Source: a virus
Length of the DNA stretch: 64,000 nucleotides
Direction: 5' to 3' (one strand)
Virus record (IMG/VR): IMGVR_UViG_3300042878_001497
Location: 32,001-96,000 of that record
A model generated the notes under the pieces. That model ran no database searches. It worked only from the letters and a program-made list of their open reading frames with translations, and was not told the origin of the DNA. Position numbers and translations under genes: made by a program. Below, in pieces: positions 39,173-47,663 of the stretch (its first letter is position 1; the number at the start of each line of letters is the position of its first letter).

Positions 39173-39378
39173 TGTCTTCAATGCCATGCCCTGCCTGTAG
39201 ACATCCATTAGGGTTGACTTTAGAGTTTATATCCAAGCACCCAATGTCAATGTGCCCCAATTGCCAGACTATGTTTAATTTTGAAGTCGGTGATGAAATT
39301 AAAGAATCACTAGCTAGCGCGTTATCTGATATAAATAAAATTAAAAAACAATATAAAGGTACGGTTAAGTTTAAATAA
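39172..39378 (+). CDS. Zinc-ribbon protein
   Basis: CPAC...CPNC. Confidence 0.7.
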   Translation: MSSMPCPACRHPLGLTLEFISKHPMSMCPNCQTMFNFEVGDEIKESLASALSDINKIKKQYKGTVKFK

Positions 39379-39467
39379 ATTTAACAACTTTACTATTGTT
39401 TGATACTAGTTATATACAAACAAACGGTTACAGGAGAAATAAATAACAATATAAAAAAATAAAAAGT

Positions 39468-40073
39468 ATGGCTTCAGATATCTCAGCCCAATTTACCGGT
39501 TTACCAATAGAGGATTTAATTGTATCTCCTATCATCGGAATGGCAAAGGGGCAAGCAAAATTAAACGATGTAACATGGCAGTACATCAACCAAGTCGCAT
39601 TCGTAACTGACGAAAAAACAAAGGCTGTGACAGCCCGTTCTTTGGATGTACAGATGCAAAGAGTAATGACTGATCCTGATACTGGAGCGCAGGAATTAAA
39701 GACACTGTACTCTAAAGTACCAATGCTACCATTAGTACCGCTTCCAGCTCTAGCTATCACATCAGCTGACATTGAATTTACTATGGAAGTAAAAACTTCT
39801 GAAGTAAACAAAGATTCAGTAGATGCTAAGTCTAGCTTTGAAGCAACAGTCGGCGGCGGGTTCTGGGGTATGAAATACTCTGCTACAATGGCAGGTAGTG
39901 TTGCAACTCACAAAGAAAACACTCGCTCAAGCGATAACTCAGCTAAGTACAATGTAAAGGTTCACGCCGAGCAGTTGCCACCAACTGAAGGTATGTTGAA
40001 GCTATCTGACTACCTAACTCAGATGCTAGAGCCATCTTTGATTCCATTCGGAGAAGGTACTGCAGCTAAGTAA
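39468..40073 (+). CDS. DUF2589-family protein
   Basis: FTGLPIEDLI.SP....A..Q..L, VPMLPLVPLP.L.I....IEF.MEV, DNSAKY.V.VHA...P..EG. Confidence 0.75.
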   Translation: MASDISAQFTGLPIEDLIVSPIIGMAKGQAKLNDVTWQYINQVAFVTDEKTKAVTARSLDVQMQRVMTDPDTGAQELKTLYSKVPMLPLVPLPALAITSADIEFTMEVKTSEVNKDSVDAKSSFEATVGGGFWGMKYSATMAGSVATHKENTRSSDNSAKYNVKVHAEQLPPTEGMLKLSDYLTQMLEPSLIPFGEGTAAK

Positions 40074-40098
40074 TAAGTAAAACAAAAGAGGTTATAAA

Positions 40099-40563
40099 AT
40101 GTCAAGATTAAATGTAGAGGAACTAGTTGGCGGTCTATTAGAGGCCGCCATGGTTTCTCAAGGAATAAGTGAAAGACAGCATATTAATGCTCTCCGGAAC
40201 TATTTCAATGAAGACGGTACACCCAAAACCACCACCTTTACTGTAGGTGAGAAGGAATTGGTTGTACCTCTTTATATTTTAGCAGACCACTCATCTATTG
40301 GATTAGAAGAATTAGATATTGAGTTCTCTTGTAGGCTTATATTTGGTGATGAAGAAAGAGAGGTTTCCAATCTTAAAAAGTCTCTACTAGGGTTATTTAA
40401 GAAAAAAGGATACGAGCACAATATCAAAGGTATTGAAGTTGACTCTGGGTTTAATCCAAATGAAACGGGGGTAGCTAAAATAAAGGTTAAGTTCAAGGCC
40501 GATGAAAAGCCCGAAGCGGTTAGTAGATTGGTTGACGAGTACATAAAATTGCTAGCTAGCTAA
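40099..40563 (+). CDS. Second DUF2589-like protein
   Basis: VPLYILADHSSIGLEELDIEF and PEAV, paralleling the upstream gene. Confidence 0.65.
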   Translation: MSRLNVEELVGGLLEAAMVSQGISERQHINALRNYFNEDGTPKTTTFTVGEKELVVPLYILADHSSIGLEELDIEFSCRLIFGDEEREVSNLKKSLLGLFKKKGYEHNIKGIEVDSGFNPNETGVAKIKVKFKADEKPEAVSRLVDEYIKLLAS

Positions 40564-40873
40564 AAGAATAATTAACCAGATGAATGATTTTAGATTTCTG
40601 TATTGGGATAATTATGAAGCGCCAAAGAGAGACACAGCAGGAGAGAGCTCTAGCACAGCTTATTCGCCGGAAGATGATTCAACGGGATCACGGGGCGGCA
40701 AAGACAAGCTATAGGCGCGATAAAAGTTGGATGCGCTATGAGTTGGAATGATGAATATGATAATTGGTCACCCGACGCTTCTATCCACGGGCATACAATC
40801 TACCGAGAAGAAGAAGAGGAATAGTTGCTAGATCGAAAGATCGTTCGTATATTTAGGTATAAGAAAAAAGGTT

Positions 40874-41047
40874 ATGAATGATAGTGATGCTTGTCGTTAT
40901 TTGTTTAGTCTGTACATGGCACAGGCTGAAAGTCTGAATCTGGAGATTGAATTTCTAGACAAATTAAATGAAATTTTTGTGGAAGCTCCTGAGTACGAGC
41001 TGTGGGATGCCATACAGGGCGCAGCCTTTGACTGTGATATGGTCTAG
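40874..41047 (+). CDS. Small hypothetical protein
   Basis: 57-aa ORF after promoter 40825-40855. Confidence 0.5.
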   Translation: MNDSDACRYLFSLYMAQAESLNLEIEFLDKLNEIFVEAPEYELWDAIQGAAFDCDMV

Positions 41048-41057
41048 GAGCAGGAAC

Positions 41058-41142
41058 GCACCAGTGATGAAATGGTAGACATGAGGGACTTAAAATCCCT
41101 TGGGCAGGAATGCCCGTGCCGGTTCGAGTCCGGCCTGGTGTA
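41058..41142 (+). tRNA. tRNA-Leu(TAA)
   Basis: GCACCAG/CTGGTGT acceptor; AGGGA-CTTAAAA-TCCCT; long variable arm; GGTTCGAGTCC. Confidence 0.93.
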
Positions 41143-41229
41143 CAGAAGAAGGGTTGGAGGTAAGAAAAAAAATTCGTATCTTTAATCTATAGAACAAAGA
41201 GGTTCTTTGACTTGTTGGCGGTATAGAAT

Positions 41230-41312
41230 GCCGAGGTGGTGGAATGGTAGACACGCTGGTCTTAGGAACCAGTGCTTTACGCGTGCGGGTTCGAGTCCCG
41301 CCCTCGGTACCA
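41230..41312 (+). tRNA. tRNA-Leu(TAG)
   Basis: GCCGAGG/CCTCGGT; CTGGT-CTTAGGA-ACCAG; encoded CCA. Confidence 0.95.
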
Positions 41313-41318
41313 TAATAT

Positions 41319-41392
41319 GGTCCGGTAGCTCAGCTGGATAGAGCATCGCACTTCTAATGCGACGGTCTCAGGTTCGAATCCTGATCGGATCA
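41319..41392 (+). tRNA. tRNA-Arg(TCT)
   Basis: GGTCCGG/TCGGATC; TCGCA-CTTCTAA-TGCGA. Confidence 0.93.
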
Positions 41393-41486
41393 CTACGCAG
41401 TCAAGTGTTCGAGGTTTCTTTGTTCCTAGGGAAAAACAAAGTGGAGCTACAGTGGCAGGTTGCGGTTGTCCTACAACAACCGAGTT

Positions 41487-41559
41487 AGGGGAGTAGCGCA
41501 GGTGGTAGCGCAGCTGGTTTGGGACCAGCGGGTCGCAGGTTCGAGTCCTGTCTTCCCTA
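41487..41559 (+). tRNA. tRNA-Pro(TGG)
   Basis: AGGGGAG/CTTCCCT; GCTGG-TTTGGGA-CCAGC. Confidence 0.9.
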
Positions 41560-41581
41560 CTAACTTTTAAATATCTAAACT

Positions 41582-41773
41582 ATGTCAAAAGCAGAGAAAC
41601 TTCTCTATGGGGTTATGTACGTCCTGTTTACCCTCGGGATTATTCTTGCAATTGCCCGTAATGATTACGGAACTGCAATTTGGACTATTGTGGGTGGAAT
41701 GTGGATGCACACTTCATTCATGCATCGACGTGAAGTAATTGACCTTCTAAAAGAGTTGGAAAATACGAAGTAA
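41582..41773 (+). CDS. Small membrane protein
   Basis: Two hydrophobic segments. Confidence 0.6.
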   Translation: MSKAEKLLYGVMYVLFTLGIILAIARNDYGTAIWTIVGGMWMHTSFMHRREVIDLLKELENTK

Positions 41774-41839
41774 GTTCGTATATTTATCCTATAACGATCC
41801 CAGGCGTGTACACTAATTGTTTAATTTAAATTTTCTAAT

Positions 41840-42004
41840 ATGAAGAAGATTCTTGCAATGATTGCCTTTGCTACTTTGGTAGCAGCTTGCAACAATGCTA
41901 CTGAAGAAGCTGTAGTAGAGGAAGTAGTAGTTGATTCTACTGCTATCGACACCACAGTTACTGAAGAAGTAGCAGCAGAAGGCGAAGAGGCAGCAGCCGA
42001 ATAA
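41840..42004 (+). CDS. Small acidic lipoprotein
   Basis: MKKILAMIAFATLVAA-C lipobox then Glu-rich tail (54 aa, read manually). Confidence 0.7.
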   Translation: MKKILAMIAFATLVAACNNATEEAVVEEVVVDSTAIDTTVTEEVAAEGEEAAAE

Positions 42005-42115
42005 TACTGAGTCTAGCCAAAAAATCCTGTTGCACTCGAACAGGTTGACTTCGGGGAAAAGATTAAAAGGGGGAGTACGTGAACCGATAGCGTCTTAGAA
42101 TAAACCTCCCTGTAA

Positions 42116-42188
42116 GCCTCCTTAGCTCAGTTGGTAGAGCCACTGATTTGTAATCAGTAGGTCGTTGGTTCGAGTCCGACAGGAGGCT
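42116..42188 (+). tRNA. tRNA-Thr(TGT)
   Basis: GCCTCCT/AGGAGGC; ACTGA-TTTGTAA-TCAGT. Confidence 0.93.
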
Positions 42189-42279
42189 CTAACAGTACTC
42201 GCCACGCTTCTCGTCAGATCAGCGCACCCGGGCGAGTCTTTTACGAGGGTAGGTAGTTGCAAATGCTTACCCTCAACAT

Positions 42280-42402
42280 AGTCAGGTGGCGGAATAGTAG
42301 ACGCATCAAATTAGGTTACTGCGTGAAATACTTACTAATTTGATTATACAGTGCAGCAGTTTTAATAACTGAGTATTGCTGGTTCAAATCCAGCCCTGAC
42401 TA
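42280..42402 (+). ncRNA. tRNA-like RNA with expanded, non-canonical anticodon/variable region
   Basis: AGTCAGG/CCTGACT acceptor, D-arm, GCTGG-TTCAAAT-CCAGC T-arm; 10-bp stem with 20-nt loop replaces the anticodon arm. Confidence 0.65.
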
Positions 42403-42407
42403 CATAC

Positions 42408-42490
42408 TGGAAGGTGGGTGAGTGGTTAAAACCGGCAGACTGTAAATCTGCTCCCTTACGGGTACAGCAGTTCGAATCTGTTCCTTCCAA
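42408..42490 (+). tRNA. tRNA-Tyr(GTA)
   Basis: TGGAAGG/CCTTCCA; GCAGA-CTGTAAA-TCTGC; long variable arm. Confidence 0.9.
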
Positions 42491-42494
42491 CTAC

Positions 42495-42617
42495 AGAAAC
42501 AGAGGAAGCGTAGAACAACTAGCTGGGAGAGCAGCGACGCAAGGGTACACACTTAGTAGCTCTCTTATTGGTGTGTTAAGCATTTGTTAGATTCCTGATA
42601 AAGTTGTTCCTGTTTCT
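42495..42617 (+). ncRNA. Structured ncRNA candidate between tRNA-Tyr and tRNA-Ser
   Basis: AGAAACAG/CTGTTTCT and GAACAACT/AGTTGTTC closing stems; GAGAGC/GCTCTC stem with ACACAC/GTGTGT pseudoknot. Confidence 0.55.
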
Positions 42618-42625
42618 TTTACAAT

Positions 42626-42713
42626 GGAGGTTTGGCAGAGTGGTCGATTGCGGTAGTCTTGAAAACTATTGACTGTAACAGGTCCCGGGGTTCGAATCCC
42701 TGAGCCTCCGCCA
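42626..42713 (+). tRNA. tRNA-Ser(TGA)
   Basis: GGAGGTT/AGCCTCC; GTAGT-CTTGAAA-ACTAT; encoded CCA. Confidence 0.93.
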
Positions 42714-42715
42714 TC

Positions 42716-42789
42716 GGGCCTGTAGCTCAGTCGGTTAGAGCGAGGGACTCATAATCCCCAGGTCCCAGGTTCGAGCCCTGGCAGGCCCA
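42716..42789 (+). tRNA. tRNA with CAT anticodon (Ile2 or elongator Met)
   Basis: GGGCCTG/CAGGCCC; CTCATAA loop; G1-C72 pair argues against initiator. Confidence 0.88.
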
Positions 42790-42878
42790 CTTAGGTTTCT
42801 TAATAAAGGCTTAATACTGATCTAAACTCGGTAGCCTATCTTAAACGTAGTTATTAATAAACAATTACGTTTACATTT

Positions 42879-44429
42879 ATGAAACACTTATTTACCCTTG
42901 TAGCTCTTTCGGCAGTTACGTTATTCGGCCAGACCTCTTTCTGGACCCCAACAAGTTATAGAGGTGCTTTTGCACCAGCTCCTACCACCCAATGGACTGA
43001 CGGATGGACTAACTGGGATGCTCAAAACACAGTCTACCCGATCCACACCCAGACAGTTTCAGGAGAACTACTTAGTAGTCTAACTTGGACAAGCAGCAAT
43101 GTTTACTTAGTTCAAGGTCCGGTATACTTGAAGAGCTCGCTTACTATCCAACCCGGTACAGTAATTCTTTTTGATAAGAACACTGCAGGATCGGCTCTGA
43201 TTGTAACTAAGCAGGGAACATTATATGCTGAAGGTACAGCTACTCAACCAATCGTATTTACTTCTAGTGCAGTTCCTGGCCAACGAACAATCGGTGACTG
43301 GGGAGGAATTGTTATTCTAGGAGAGGCTGTTAATAACATCCCACCCAACACAGCAGCAGGATCTAATGCAGGCATCGGTAACATCGAAGGCTTACCTACT
43401 TCAGCTAATACTGAGTATGGAGGTAATAACGACCAGGATAGCTCAGGTGTTTTAAAATACGTTAGAATCGAGTTCGGCGGATATGCTTACATGCCTGACA
43501 AAGAGATTAATGGATTAACTTTCGGTTCAGTAGGAAGTAAGACAGTAGTTGATTATGTTCAAGTTTCATTTACTAATGATGACGCTTTTGAATGGTTTGG
43601 TGGTACTGTGAATTGTAAGCACTTGGTATCGTACCGCAACCTGGATGATGACATGGACTGCGATTTTGGATACCGAGGTAAAGTTCAATTTGCTTTAATT
43701 GTTAGAGATCCTTTTATTGCTGACCAGTCATCAGGCTCAACCTCAGAAGGGTTTGAATGTGATAATGACGGCGCCGGTTCTAACAACGGACCTAAGACAG
43801 CTGCCACATTCTCTAACGTAACTGCTATCGGACCACTAAGAGGTAACCTACAGGCTACAGTCGATCCTAAGTTTAGAAGAGCTTTGAGACTTCGCCGGAA
43901 CAGTGAAATGAAAATCTTCAACTCAGTCTTTACAGACTTTAAAGACGGTATTCATATTGACGGAACTTCTACAGAAACAAATGCACTACAGAATAGGTTA
44001 GTATTCCAAAATAATCTGATTGCTGGCTGCAGCGGCAAATTCATCCTCAGAGGAACTAATCCTTCTTTTAATGCCGGTGCTTGGTATTTTACTTCCAATG
44101 ATACTCTAGCAGCTTCTACTGGATTGTTTACCACTCCTTACAGCTACCTACAGCCTGACTATCGTCCATCAGCTACTAGCGGACTAGACACAGGAGCTAG
44201 CTTTAACGACACAAACCTAATCGGCAATACTATCTCAGTTGCAGAATTTAACTCACCAATCAGCCTATACCCTAACCCGGTTGCTGATCAGCTCTACTCT
44301 CAAGAGCAAGCTCTGATCTTTGACAACACCGGTAGAGTAGTTGGCAAGCTTGAAAAAGGCTGGAACGATTTAGGATACCTTCCTAAGGGAGTTTATACAG
44401 TTAAAAATATAAGAGTTATTAAACAATAG
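42879..44429 (+). CDS. Secreted beta-helix-like protein with T9SS type A sorting domain
   Basis: Signal peptide; DWGGIVILG, YVRIEFGG, EINGLT, DDAFEWFGG; C-terminal YPNP...LPKGVY. Confidence 0.8.
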   Translation: MKHLFTLVALSAVTLFGQTSFWTPTSYRGAFAPAPTTQWTDGWTNWDAQNTVYPIHTQTVSGELLSSLTWTSSNVYLVQGPVYLKSSLTIQPGTVILFDKNTAGSALIVTKQGTLYAEGTATQPIVFTSSAVPGQRTIGDWGGIVILGEAVNNIPPNTAAGSNAGIGNIEGLPTSANTEYGGNNDQDSSGVLKYVRIEFGGYAYMPDKEINGLTFGSVGSKTVVDYVQVSFTNDDAFEWFGGTVNCKHLVSYRNLDDDMDCDFGYRGKVQFALIVRDPFIADQSSGSTSEGFECDNDGAGSNNGPKTAATFSNVTAIGPLRGNLQATVDPKFRRALRLRRNSEMKIFNSVFTDFKDGIHIDGTSTETNALQNRLVFQNNLIAGCSGKFILRGTNPSFNAGAWYFTSNDTLAASTGLFTTPYSYLQPDYRPSATSGLDTGASFNDTNLIGNTISVAEFNSPISLYPNPVADQLYSQEQALIFDNTGRVVGKLEKGWNDLGYLPKGVYTVKNIRVIKQ

Positions 44430-44451
44430 TAAAATTTCTGAGTAAATGTTT

Positions 44452-44471
44452 GGAGCCCCGAAAGGGGCTTC
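44452..44471 (+). terminator. Hairpin/terminator within promoter spacer
   Basis: GAGCCCC-GAAA-GGGGCTT. Confidence 0.65.
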
Positions 44472-44485
44472 TTATATTTATTACT

Positions 44486-46051
44486 ATGAAAAAGTTGTAC
44501 GTTGTTTTAGCGTTGTTGATGAGCTTTGTCTCAACAGCATCGCACTTAGCGGGTGGTGATATACAATACCGCTACATTGGAGATTCTACCGGAATCGCCC
44601 GTCATTATAAAATCATTCTGAGAGTCTATAGAGATGTTACCGGTATAGCAATGCCCACTACTGAGACAGTAACAATATCCTCAGGATGTTATTCTAACAC
44701 CAACGTTACTGTCAACCTAACAGCCGGAAGCGGGGTTGTATCCCCAACCCTATTTGATTGCGTAAACCCGGGACCTGGTGTGAAGACTCTGGAAGTTTAC
44801 CGGTACACCGGGTATGTAGTACTGCCGGGCAACTGCGGTGACTTTGTATTCTGGTATTCAAATTGCTGCCGTCCTCCTGGAGTAACTAATATCTCAAACT
44901 CAAATGGAACTGGAACCGACGGCTTCTACTTTGATGCTCTACTCAATAACCTTAATGGACAGAACTCATCTCCGATCTTTGTATCGGAGCCTGTTCGGGC
45001 ATTCTGTGTAGCTAATCCTTTCAACTGGAAGCAAAGCTCGGTCGAGTACGATGGAGACTCGGTGGCATACTCTCTGATCAATTGCCGGGAAGGAGCTTAC
45101 CCAAACCAGACTAACATTCCGTTTGACTTTGGATTCAATAAGAATCAACCTGTATCCTCAACCTACTTCAATATCAATCCTCAGACCGGGCAGATCTCTT
45201 TCTATCCTACAACTCAGGAGGTTGATGCACTGTCGGTATTGATTGAAGAATACAGGTATGATTCGCTTTGGGGAGTATGGACTAAGGTAGGTTCAGCCTC
45301 AAGAGATATGATGATATCAATTGCATATAATTGCAATGCAGTAGCGATGCAAGGCGTAAAATACGACCCTACTCAATACCCGGTTGATACAATTACAGGA
45401 CTAAAATATAAAGAAGTAGCATGCGGGGATACAGCCTTTGGACTTAAGTTTCACATTGCCTTAGATGGGTATTCAATTAACGATGTTGATTTTAGAATGA
45501 CCCGGACACAGACCAGCCAACCTGTTGCAATCAAAAAAATCTGGTCTAATGTCGATGTCAATTACGAGACCGACTCAGTACGTATTGTAATGCTCATGCC
45601 CTTTAGTTACGCAGGAGAGTACTACCTCTACTCTAAGAAAGGAAACGATGGAAATACTTTAATGAATAAGTGCGGTATTGAGATGGACGAGTTTGATACA
45701 ATCCTAATCAAGGTAGGACCTTGTCCACCTCCACCACCTCCAGACCCTATCGGTCCAGTTGACGATATTAGGAACGGAGAAGAACCTATTGTTATCCCTA
45801 CGCAACCTATTCTTATCCCGAACGTAGTAACTCCGAACGGAGATAACAAAAACGATCTGTTTGTAATTAAGAACCTAAGCAATCACAGTCCTGCCAGTAT
45901 AAGTATTATGAATAGATGGGGGCAGATAGTCTACACCAATCCAGATTATAAGAATGATTGGGATGGAGGAAATGTAGCAGATGGAGTTTATTTTGGAGTA
46001 TTAGACACCCCAGATCAGTCTTACAGCTTTACAGTTACAGTCCTAAGATAA
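44486..46051 (+). CDS. Secreted protein with T9SS type B (gliding motility-associated) C-terminal domain
   Basis: Signal peptide then SHLAGGDI; PNVVTPNGDNKND, NRWG, WDG, GVYF, ends VLR. Confidence 0.85.
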   Translation: MKKLYVVLALLMSFVSTASHLAGGDIQYRYIGDSTGIARHYKIILRVYRDVTGIAMPTTETVTISSGCYSNTNVTVNLTAGSGVVSPTLFDCVNPGPGVKTLEVYRYTGYVVLPGNCGDFVFWYSNCCRPPGVTNISNSNGTGTDGFYFDALLNNLNGQNSSPIFVSEPVRAFCVANPFNWKQSSVEYDGDSVAYSLINCREGAYPNQTNIPFDFGFNKNQPVSSTYFNINPQTGQISFYPTTQEVDALSVLIEEYRYDSLWGVWTKVGSASRDMMISIAYNCNAVAMQGVKYDPTQYPVDTITGLKYKEVACGDTAFGLKFHIALDGYSINDVDFRMTRTQTSQPVAIKKIWSNVDVNYETDSVRIVMLMPFSYAGEYYLYSKKGNDGNTLMNKCGIEMDEFDTILIKVGPCPPPPPPDPIGPVDDIRNGEEPIVIPTQPILIPNVVTPNGDNKNDLFVIKNLSNHSPASISIMNRWGQIVYTNPDYKNDWDGGNVADGVYFGVLDTPDQSYSFTVTVLR

Positions 46052-46086
46052 GTTGCTTTTTTAAATAAAAGTTACTATCTTTAGGT

Positions 46087-46590
46087 ATGTTAGATCTATG
46101 TCCGTTTAAGCCCGTTCACTCGGTAGAGTGGTTGGAGAGTTACTTTGCTGAGAACTGCTACAAGAAGCCTTACGATCGTTTTATGTGGTGGAGAGGTTAT
46201 GTAGCTAAGAAGAAGCCTTTGTTTCCTCAAGCTCATTTCAAGGAGAAGGTTATGAACGGTGACTTTGACTTTCCTCATTATAAGTACGAGGCCGAGTTAG
46301 TAGAGCATAAACTCCGTCATGCCTATATAAATAAAGTTGATATCGTTGGATTTAATGAATCTCAGAGTCTGAATATGGCTCGGTGGAAACGCCTGCTTGA
46401 AGATCATACTAAAGAAGAAGCCAAGCGGTTGGAAGGTATATATAAGGAGTGTAAAAAGAACTACGGCTTATCTCGAGAAAAAGTAGAAGAAGAGATTATG
46501 AACCTGGATGGCGATAGTGTAAAGGAGCTTTACCTAGTACTTGAAAAGAAGTACGGGTACAAGCAAGTAAGCGTTCCTAAGTTCAAATAG
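46087..46590 (+). CDS. Hypothetical protein
   Basis: 167-aa ORF after promoter 46053-46083. Confidence 0.65.
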   Translation: MLDLCPFKPVHSVEWLESYFAENCYKKPYDRFMWWRGYVAKKKPLFPQAHFKEKVMNGDFDFPHYKYEAELVEHKLRHAYINKVDIVGFNESQSLNMARWKRLLEDHTKEEAKRLEGIYKECKKNYGLSREKVEEEIMNLDGDSVKELYLVLEKKYGYKQVSVPKFK

Positions 46591-46636
46591 GTACTCTGCT
46601 ACGAAGGTGCTATTTATATGTAAAACCTCTCGTAGT

Positions 46637-47659
46637 ATGCCACTAACTCTAAGACTTGTTAAAGGTTCTGAACTAACCTACTCAGAACTTGATGGCAACT
46701 TTACATACCTGTCCAGCAGCCTTAACTCACTTATAGCAACAGGTTCCGTCTCCAGTAACGTGCTTACGTTTACTAAGGGGGATGGTAGCACATTTAACTT
46801 AACCGTCAATACAGGTTCAGGCGGTGGCGTCGGTGGTGGAACTACTCTAGTTCAAAATTTAACTTCAAACCAGACAGTAGGAGGGGTCTCCCCAGGTGAC
46901 TTATTTACTGCCGGCTCCACTATTGAAGCTCTACTAAGATCAATGCTGATAACTTACATAGAGCCTACTATTAGTAGCTTACTGATTAAACTTGACGGTA
47001 CTACTAGATCAACAGCCACTAGAGATGTAGGTAACTCTTTTACCTGTAACTCAGCTTCATTCCTAGCAACCGTGGATAGCCCAGATGGAAACTATCCAGT
47101 ATCTGCTAGCATTACAGGTTCTGGAGCAGATTCAGGACTACTCCAGGCGTATTTTTCTAACACTCTTTCAGGAACTAACGCCTTTACATTAGGATCTGCT
47201 CTGACGATTAATAGAGCAACTACAGCGGGCAATGTTACGTTTATTGTCAATACTAAGAGTCAGACTACTGCCGATACTCAATCTACAAATACAGGCTTTG
47301 CTTTCTACTGGAGAAACTATTTAGCTGCTAGCTCTACTCCAATTACAGATAACGCCTCAGCTCAGAGTGTTATCAACTCTGATACTGTGACTAGTACCCT
47401 CACCACAACTAAAGCCTGGACTCCAACCTGTGATGCTAATAATAACGACCCTACTAAATACACTTACATAATCTACCCAGCGTCTTATGGTGATTTATCA
47501 AATGTAATTAAAGATGGGGCATTATCGGTAATAACAGCATTCGATAAAGTAGGAGACTTTACCGTGGCAAACGCTTATAGTTCCTCAACTTCATTTAGAG
47601 TATATCAATCAAAACAAAAAGGTGCATTTGGTTCAGGAGTAACATTAACAATATCTTAA
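46637..47659 (+). CDS. Putative virion structural/fibre protein
   Basis: N-terminus LRLVKGSELTYSELDGNF resembles ORF 14255; follows TATTTATA. Confidence 0.65.
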   Translation: MPLTLRLVKGSELTYSELDGNFTYLSSSLNSLIATGSVSSNVLTFTKGDGSTFNLTVNTGSGGGVGGGTTLVQNLTSNQTVGGVSPGDLFTAGSTIEALLRSMLITYIEPTISSLLIKLDGTTRSTATRDVGNSFTCNSASFLATVDSPDGNYPVSASITGSGADSGLLQAYFSNTLSGTNAFTLGSALTINRATTAGNVTFIVNTKSQTTADTQSTNTGFAFYWRNYLAASSTPITDNASAQSVINSDTVTSTLTTTKAWTPTCDANNNDPTKYTYIIYPASYGDLSNVIKDGALSVITAFDKVGDFTVANAYSSSTSFRVYQSKQKGAFGSGVTLTIS

Positions 47660-47663
47660 GATC

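Noticed and set aside
41393-42240. HDV-like (theta) ribozymes after tRNA 3' ends
   Set aside because: Could not build the nested double pseudoknot with P1.1 and a catalytic C by eye; kept only as unclassified structures
42280-42617. tmRNA
   Set aside because: No GGGG 5' end or G3-U70 alanine acceptor identity, and no convincing tag reading frame
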